Shown here: one piece after another, positions 56,180 through 64,000 of the stretch | Layout of the letters: the number at the start of each line of letters is the position of its first letter | Numbering within the stretch: the stretch's first letter is position 1 | Origin: Eledone cirrhosa | Taxonomy: Eukaryota | Direction of reading: 5' to 3' | Length of the DNA: 64,000 bases | NCBI GenBank assembly: GCA_964016885.1 | Contig: OZ024743.1 | Coordinates: forward strand, 73,966,001 to 74,030,000 | Program-made: the position numbers and the translations under genes | The notes under the pieces: model-generated | What the model was told of the DNA's origin: nothing | Databases searched by the model: none | Seen by the model: only the letters and a program-made list of their open reading frames with translations

Positions 56180-56500
56180 ACACAAAAACAAGATGGCGTA
56201 GGACAGAACAAAGGAGAGGCACAAAAACAAAGAAAAGAACCCCCAGTCACTGAAGAGGTCACTGAATGTGTGACGAAAGAACTTTGACAATATATAAACA
56301 ACCATCTGGTTGTGGAACCAACCAACCAACCGGAAATTTATAAATTCCTAAATTTATAAATTTATTATAATAAATTGAAGTGAAAGCAACTGGTGCGTGT
56401 GTTTCTTATTGGCAACATGACCCTCCCAAAGTATAACAATATCGGTTTCAACACACGTTTTCAGATAAAGAATCTTACTAAACAAATTCAGAAACGAAAT
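56180..56500 (+). mobile_element. Solo pLTR of the Naiad-like family with HHR and tail
   Basis: Matches 29820-30152 with moderate divergence. Confidence 0.9.
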
Positions 56501-56555
56501 ATATATATACATATATACATATATATATGCATACACACACGCACACACATAATAT

Positions 56556-56624
<69 letters not shown>

Positions 56625-56656
56625 CATATAAACATCTACATATATATATATATATA

Positions 56657-57428
56657 TGAAAGACGTAAAATAAGAAAATTATAAAATTAACTTACTTACT
56701 AAAATTTCCCTACCAACTAATTAGTTTCTGAAATGGAATAAATATACTTTCCGAAGAAAATATACAGAATCATTTCGTCGTCAGGGAAGACTATTCTCAG
56801 CTAAGTATCCAGGCAAAGCGAGGACTCTGGAAACTTATACAAAAATAATTCAGTGGATAGAAAATAGCAAATCGTGGACTGAATTCCTAGCCATTGAGAA
56901 AATCACTGCCTCTGCGTCGGTGGCAAATTCAAATGAATCAATCACGTGACATCGAGGTCAATCAGTGGAAAGTGGTTTGTTAATAAGACAGCGGCCTGCC
57001 TGCCACCATAGCAGCAGTCTTGGCCAATATTGCTCGACAAATAATTTGGAGATAATTATAAAGAATTAATATCTAGTAACATATATATATACATACAGAT
57101 GCATATCAATGCTAACAAATATATAGGTTTTGTCTTAGTAACTTTGTGGTTCAATGCATGGGGTTGCAGAACAATAATATGAGAGACGTAAAATAAGAAA
57201 ATTATAAAATTAACTTACTTACTAAAATTTCACTCCCAACTAATTAGTTTCTGAAATGGAATAAATATACTTTCCGAAGAAAATATACAGAATCATTTCG
57301 TCGTCAGGGAAGACTATTCTCACCTAAGTATCCAGGCAAAGCGAGGACTCTGGAAACTTATACAAAAATAATTCAGTGGATTGAAAATAGCAAATCGTGG
57401 ACTGAATTCCTAGCCATTGAGAAAATCA
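56657..57428 (-). mobile_element. Retrozyme-like 1.5-mer (~520-bp monomer) with two HHRs (~56710-56789, 57233-57311)
   Basis: Direct repeat 56657-56905 / 57180-57428; reverse complement cttcc-CTGACGA-gaaatg..catttc-GAAA-ctaattag-TT-gggag. Confidence 0.85.
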
Positions 57429-57513
57429 CATATATAACTAAGGAAATGTGGCAAGGAACCAGATGGACCATAACGCACCAAAGTACTCAATACTTAGGGT
57501 AGTAGAGTGGGTA

Positions 57514-57971
57514 ATAGGAAAGAGTAGGACCCCGACGGCTGAGCTCAAGCCGTTCCGACGGCCAATTCTGGACTAAATGAAAATGTTTATCCTGGTATAT
57601 GAATAGCCGAGCTTCTCAGGGGGTATTCCATATATGGTAAAAGTGATTGTCACAAGGATTGGTCAAAAGTTTGTTGTTGAGACACATAATTCTATCATGG
57701 CAATTTGTGGAAGGAAGGGGTAGCTGAACCTGCCAGTAGAAGAAAGAGGGAGAGGGTGTGGAGGGAACCCAGTCAGGCGTTGATATTGCCAACTACAGCA
57801 GGATCCTAAGGGCAGGAGGTCAAGCAAGTATACTTGTGACAACCACTTTTACCATATATGGAATTACCCTCTGAGAAGCTCGGCTATTCATATACCAGAA
57901 TAAAAATGTTCATTTAGTCCAGAATTAGCCGTCGAAATGGCTTGAGCTCAGCCGTCGGGGTCCTACTCGTT

Positions 57972-57975
<4 letters not shown>
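57514..57975. mobile_element. Element with ~140-bp inverted arms, each with HHR-like fold and CTGAGAA core (57529-57624 minus, 57866-57961 plus); relatives at 2808-2868 and 37833-37990
   Basis: accct-CTGAGAA-gctcggcta..tagccgtc-GAAA-tggct..agccg-TC-ggggt. Confidence 0.75.
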
Positions 57976-58009
<34 letters not shown>

Positions 58010-58478
58010 CATCATCATCATCATCATTTTATGTCCGCTATTCCCTGCTTGTATATATATATTCCTTCCATATACTGTACCGATTATGTTGTTATTTCTG
58101 TTTACTTTTTACATAGATACATACATATATGTATATATGTGCGTGTGTGTATGTGCATGTTCGTGTGTGTGTGTGCGTATGTGTATGTATGTATTTGTGT
58201 GTATGGTAATGTGTATTTGCTTACTATTATATATATTCTACACTATGTGAGTATCAGTATATGTAATTGTACTGGTGCCTGGTTTAAACAACATATTAAT
58301 CATGAATGGATACATTTAATTAGACATATAATGTGAAGGTACGGATAGTTGTATGTCTAGGCTGATTAAAGTCTCTTTAATTTCTCTCTTAGACATGTAC
58401 ATAAATGCATACAGAAAGAATGAGAGAGCGAGAGAGAGAGAGGAGAGAGAAATACTCACACAACATTTATATATATAA

Positions 58479-58526
<48 letters not shown>

Positions 58527-59629
58527 ATTATATATATATATATTTATTTATTGTATGTATGTATGTATGTATTTTATCTTTCATATATATTCAGTGTATT
58601 CTTGTATCTGATTAAGATCGATAATTCATTGATAAACTATTTTGTTTTAAACACTAAATACATGTTCAAAATTGGAGAAGTCATTGTTGCGTACACAAAT
58701 AAAATATGAAAGGAACTGTAAATGTACTACATACCACTCCCGCTATTTATATATATATATTTTAGTAAGTATCAATTTAAATATATTATAGATTCTCTTT
58801 TCAGGAGGAGATATTTGTTTTCCATGCTCAAAAGGATTCTCTATTTTCACAGCTGAATAAAATAGTGATTATATATTCTCTTAAAAGTACGGAGAACCTC
58901 TTTATATAAACAACATCACAGATTCTCGTCGCATATCAACAACAATATATCTGTGCATTCCCTCACTCTTGTAGCGTTCTAGAAATATTATTTACAGAAG
59001 AACGCCACAAACATGCCAATATCACCGAAAATATATTCCCTTTTATGAAATTCACTGACAGAATTTGTAGCCAACATAGAGATGATAGCCTGGGAAATGT
59101 CTTTGAAATACTTCGCCATTAATAACAAAGTAATGTCTCTGTCTGCTGAAATACTATAACCTTTATATAATCTTACAGCTCTAAAGATGTCTAAGGAGTG
59201 TCAAGTACATGGTTTGAAGAGATGCATGTACGTTGATGTGTAGAAAGAAAATCCTGACTAAATGTAATTTCAGATTAACAGAAACAAATCTCATGGGATA
59301 CAACGACCAGGCAAATAACTAATCTGAAAGCTTTTCTTTGTTATACACGCGAGGTTTAGGCTGTATAATTCCATACAAAATTAATGCAATTTCAGGTTGG
59401 ATCAAAAGAAATGAATGATCCTATATGTACCATTTGTAAAATATAAATAAATAAAAATAAAAAATGAAAAATAATAAACAAAATATCCTCTTCTTTCAAC
59501 TCAAAAGAAATAATTAGATTGATTATTTAGAAAGTTGCTTTCATCAGACAAGCAACAATAAAATAAAAAGGAGTATCTATGTTGATTCTCATAAGCTTAC
59601 TGTTCTGCACTAATCTGAATTAACACAAA

Positions 59630-60100
59630 ATGCGTTCCGATTAAACATCACGTTTAACAGTAACTTAACCAAGGTCGACTTCTTCAACATCACTCTGGAC
59701 TTCAGGCAAGTATTATCACTACAGCAAACCTAATAATAAAACAGTATATATACATAAGGACTTCAACCAACGCAACTATAGTTGTGAATATAGTGAACGG
59801 GATTATCTATTCTCATATGATATAGATATAGTCGATAGAACTGAACCTCATTACAATGAGGTACTAATAAGAATTAAATTTTAGAAAAAGCCAGCACACA
59901 TGGAAGAACATTCAAAGATAATTAGAAAGAGAAAGATTAATTGTTTCAATCCTTCATTTAATCTAGATATGTCAACAACCGTTGTTAATATATTCCAGTT
60001 CTATAGTAAATAATACGTCCCCATCACCCACAAATATCATAAACTATTCAACTCCAGTAATGTAAAGGTTAGCCATTATTGTGTAGATAGCATCAATTCT
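59630..60100 (+). pseudogene. Heavily degraded Hydra-like PLE RT thumb/linker
   Basis: LNITFNSNLTKVDFFNITLD..YSKPNNKTVYIHK..HYNEVL..RKRKINCFNPSF..HKYHKLFN..VKVS, paralleling the 51.6-52.2 kb protein. Confidence 0.75.
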
Positions 60101-60378
60101 AATAGGGAACGATGCAATATATATTTATTTACATTTCATCACTTTCTTGGACCAAACCCGATATCAATTTCCCTTTGCATTATTTCATATATATGGGGGG
60201 CGGGGGGTAGAGAGAGAGAGAGAGAGAGAGAGGGGGGGATGGCTGCTTTAGGGTTCAACGTTCAGTTAATGATGGTTCACCAGTTTGAGCACTCTGTCAT
60301 TACGTGGATCCGGATAGCAATTTAGGATTTGTAGTTTGTATGGTCACTGGGTTTGATATATATATATATATATATAAA

Positions 60379-60560
60379 TGTCTCTACTTTTGGCACAAGG
60401 CCAGCAATTACCCCAGTGTATTACTTGTACTTTATTTTATCGACCCCGTAAGGATGAAAGGCAAAGTTACCTCAGCGGGATTTGAACTCAGTCCGTAAAG
60501 GGACGTAACTCTATGCTGTAAACCATGGCGTCCGACCCTCTATCGATACTGCTAATCCAT
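60379..60560 (-). mobile_element. Nin/Deu-core SINE (3' fragments also ~36530-36612, 43270-43345, 47720-47835)
   Basis: Reverse complement of the 5851-type SINE. Confidence 0.85.
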
Positions 60561-60734
60561 ATATAATATTATTTATTTATGTTCATACACGGAGCAAAAG
60601 CACTAGCAAAGGTTTCAAGGCCAAAATTTGACCATATCTCCAGAATTCAAGAGGGATCAAAATCTATTCCTATTTATTTATATATTTATAGCTGAATTAC
60701 TTTTAATATATTTACTGCTGCAATTGTCCAAACG

Positions 60735-61035
60735 ATAACATGTCAAAGTGATAACTTGTCAAAAAGATAACTTGTCAAAAAGATAAATTGTCAAAACGAT
60801 AACTTGTCAAAAAGATAACTTGTCAAAATGATAACTTGTCAAAAAGATAGATTGTCAAAAAGGTAGCTTGTCAAAAAGATAACTTGTCCAAACGATAACT
60901 TGTCAGAAAGATAAATTATCAAAAAGATAAATTGTCAAAAAGATAACTTGTCAAAAAGATAAATTGTCAAAAAGATAAATTATCAAAAAGATAAATTGTC
61001 AAAAAGATAACTTGTCAAAAAGATAACTTGTCAAA
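60735..61035. repeat. 16-bp minisatellite (gataacttgtcaaaaa)
   Basis: Direct reading. Confidence 0.93.
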
Positions 61036-61520
61036 CAAAAATAACAACATATAAACAATGCTAATCACTGACAAATATTCTACTTATTACGACACAAATT
61101 ATCAATTAGGATCCCATTCTCTCACGGTTCGACATCACTGCATTAACTGAAGTAGTGATGGTTGAATCACTAAGTAAATTTACAAGAATATACACAGGAT
61201 GGCTTAGAATAAGGAATTACTCATAAAATATTACAAGATTTTGGTTGTCACAAATAATGGCGGCTATTCATGAATTTGATGAGATGATATTTACCTTATT
61301 ACAAATTTCGTTATATCTGGGAAAGAATTCTGGGAATATCTCCCCCACCCAATTTTTGTTCTGACATTATATGTACCACGAGGTTCATGAGTCATAGCAG
61401 ATATTTTAGCACAGTTTATCTATATTAAATTCTGTTTAGTAATATATTATAATCTCAATCTAGAAACTGGGTCAATCCGAACTAAAATTTGATATAGACA
61501 CAAGCATATTTATATATTTA

Positions 61521-62268
61521 CTAGCAGAATGGCCCGGCGTTGCTCGGGATTTGCTATAGGGTTCTTATATATTTGATATATATTTATCCTTATCGAGCCT
61601 CGTGAAATAAATACGTTTGTTTATATTTTGTTATTGTGTTTGCAAAAATATATGTCTATGAATATATAATTATATATATATATATATTAAAATAAGAGAC
61701 TAAAGTTTAAGCAAAGAATCACTGCTTTCACCCTTAACGGGATATTCTACCTAAAAGCAGTATGAAGTACATACACTAAGACTAATTGATGTAATCTTTG
61801 GCCTTGTTTGTTTATATTTTGTTTTTGTGTATGCAAAAATATCTGTATTAAAATAACATATTAATGTTTGAGCAAAGAATCGCTGCTTTCAAATCGCTGT
61901 TTTGGAAAACAGGAAGACAATACTTTGGTTCGTGAAGACGTTCCCTGGCATAAGAATATATATACACATACAGACTGATCGCGTCATAATGACGTAATGC
62001 AGAGAGTCAGGCATACAGACAGATATTATGAAGGCGCGACGTCATATCTATGTATATATCTAAAAAGAGAAAGACTAAGAGAAAGAGAAAGAGATCGCTA
62101 AATCGCCTATTGCGGTCCCTAGGGCATTGAAAATTTGAAATTGTTTTTGCTCAAAACACTTCAGGGGTCATACGAGTTACATGTATAAAGTTTGAAAAAA
62201 ACCGGTTGGGTACTTCTCGAGTTTTAGGGAAACAGACACACAGACATCCTCTGTTTTATATATATAGA
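61521..62268 (-). mobile_element. Non-autonomous Helitron
   Basis: Minus strand A|TCtatatatataaaacagaggatgtctg ... hairpin cccg-agcaacgc-cggg, CTAG|T; termini resemble 46170-48412. Confidence 0.82.
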
Positions 62269-62339
62269 TATATACACGTGTAACGCAAACAGAAATAACA
62301 AATCAAAGACACAGATATATACATATATTTTTATATACG

Positions 62340-62416
<77 letters not shown>

Positions 62417-62450
62417 AGATTTGAATGGATACAGTTTAGTTGAAAGGAAT

Positions 62451-62567
62451 TTATTGACACGTGTTTCTATAACAGTTACATAACCTAAAACAGCTATCTA
62501 CAAACTTTTAGTTATGCAGACATTCAATATTTCAATGTTATTATTTACTGTCATTTCATCAGAATAA
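62451..62567 (-). ncRNA. Minimal HHR with long stem II
   Basis: ttatt-CTGATGA-atgacag..ctgttat-GAAA-cacgtg-TC-aataa. Confidence 0.8.
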
Positions 62568-63116
62568 TATTACTGAGGACCTATTTAGTTTTTATAGAGA
62601 ATATTAGGAGGGAGGGGTGAAGTTGTTAGAAGAATAGTTGAAGGAGTGGTTTTTCGATAGCAGTGAGAATTCTTGGTGGCAGTGAGTAATTAGATTCCCA
62701 TCTGTTGTTTTGACATTTTTTATAGAATATATTATTGGTTATTTTTCTAAATCTATAGAAGGATTAGAGATAGTAAAGATATGCGTGGTTGGTTTTGTGT
62801 TTGCACTTAACATTCAGACTTAAATTTTTCTTTCAAGTGTAGTATTCTTTCACCCACGCATTCACACACAAATATATTTGCACACCTCTACAAAATACAT
62901 ATACTCACAATTCACATATTCATACTTACATATATATACACATGCATACACATATATATACACACATGTATTCATGTACATACATACGCGCTCATGTGTA
63001 TACATTTTCATACTCAACTTATCTTTATATATACACACGTATAGACACACACATATATACATACATACTCTAGTCCATGTGTACACACATACACATACAT
63101 ACACATCCACATACAC

Positions 63117-63189
<73 letters not shown>

Positions 63190-63534
63190 CATATATACAT
63201 ATATATATATACATATACACACATACACATATACACACATACACACACACATATATATATATATAAGCACTTTAATACATGAATACACTTACATCTAACT
63301 ATACACATCAAACATATATATATATTTACTTATTTATATACATTTTCACATATATATACATACTTATGGACGTTTTTAGACACATTCATTATCGCATATT
63401 TGTACCTATTCTCATCAGCATATCTTTTCATTATTAGTATGGTAATTTAAGGTTATTAATATATGTTGAGAAGAGATTGTTTTTATATTTTTCTAACTAG
63501 ATTAAGATTTATATAGTTGGGGGATGTCCCTCTT

Positions 63535-64000
63535 TTATGTAATATTCTGCTTGTAGTGGGAAAAAAGGGTTTTAGTTCTGTGACGGCAGAATAATGTTCG
63601 TTCAATTCTGTTATTCAGCAGTTTCTTCTTGTGTGTGATTATGTAATAAATCTCAAGATTACACAATTTGCAGAAATTTTGGCTCCTGGAAAAGCTTTGG
63701 GTTTTAGCTAATTTTTCCCATTTTAGGGTAAACTTTTGATTGCTATCCCTGAGCGTCCAAGCTTTTTCTGCTAAAGTTGTTACATTTCTTTGGCTCTGGT
63801 GTTTTATTGAGTAAGAATGCCTATACAATCGAGATTTAAACGATGTTGCCGTTGATCCCACGTAATACCACTCGTTGCCTCCGGATTTAATGGTACACTT
63901 ATAAATAATATTTTTTTCCAGGCAGTTATTGCCGAGGGGGCAGTTGTCAGGATAGGTGCAGTTACAGTTGTGTACGTTGGGTTTTCTCTGGAGTAGTATT
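63535..64000 (-). CDS. PLE GIY-YIG endonuclease domain, open to window edge
   Basis: CNCTYPDNCPLGNNCLEKNIIYKC..YYVGSTATSFKSRLYRH..CKLCNLE..LNNRIE..CRH. Confidence 0.88.
   Translation of the reverse strand, partial: ILLQRKPNVHNCNCTYPDNCPLGNNCLEKNIIYKCTIKSGGNEWYYVGSTATSFKSRLYRHSYSIKHQSQRNVTTLAEKAWTLRDSNQKFTLKWEKLAKTQSFSRSQNFCKLCNLEIYYIITHKKKLLNNRIERTLFCRHRTKTLFSHYKQNIT

Larger units (their letters stand above)
62413..64000 (-). mobile_element. 3' part of a Hydra-like PLE (runs off window) with long microsatellite-containing 3' UTR
   Basis: GIY-YIG ORF then same-strand HHR, ending at (TA)n; continuity of the UTR is inferred. Confidence 0.75.

Noticed and set aside
58950-59150. Possible minus-strand host exon after tatttcag; also candidates near 31400-31460 and 42750-42850
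   Set aside because: Frames hit stops or lack recognisable homology and good splice donors

Overview
AT-rich eukaryotic repeat-dense DNA, probably intronic or intergenic; no host exon could be identified. The tRNA-derived Nin/Deu-core and Meta/V-type SINEs and the very long (TA)n tracts suggest an octopod cephalopod (inference). Most listed ORFs are microsatellite artefacts. Real coding relics are Penelope-like retroelements (PLEs): a near-complete RT+GIY-YIG element of probable Naiad type (26.2-30.2 kb), a 5'-truncated probable Hydra-type element with ~1.28 kb inverted arms (49.7-54.3 kb), and four further PLE fragments. There are also RTE-LINE fragments, two non-autonomous Helitrons, a mariner MITE and several minisatellites. 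The main signal is a dense set of about 27 hammerhead-ribozyme (HHR) motifs read by eye, from about ten families of small, (TA)n-embedded, retrozyme-like elements. Several carry a compensated U3-A8 core variant, and many have a fold-back architecture with one tailed and one tail-less end. All structure calls are manual and coordinates may be off by a few bases.
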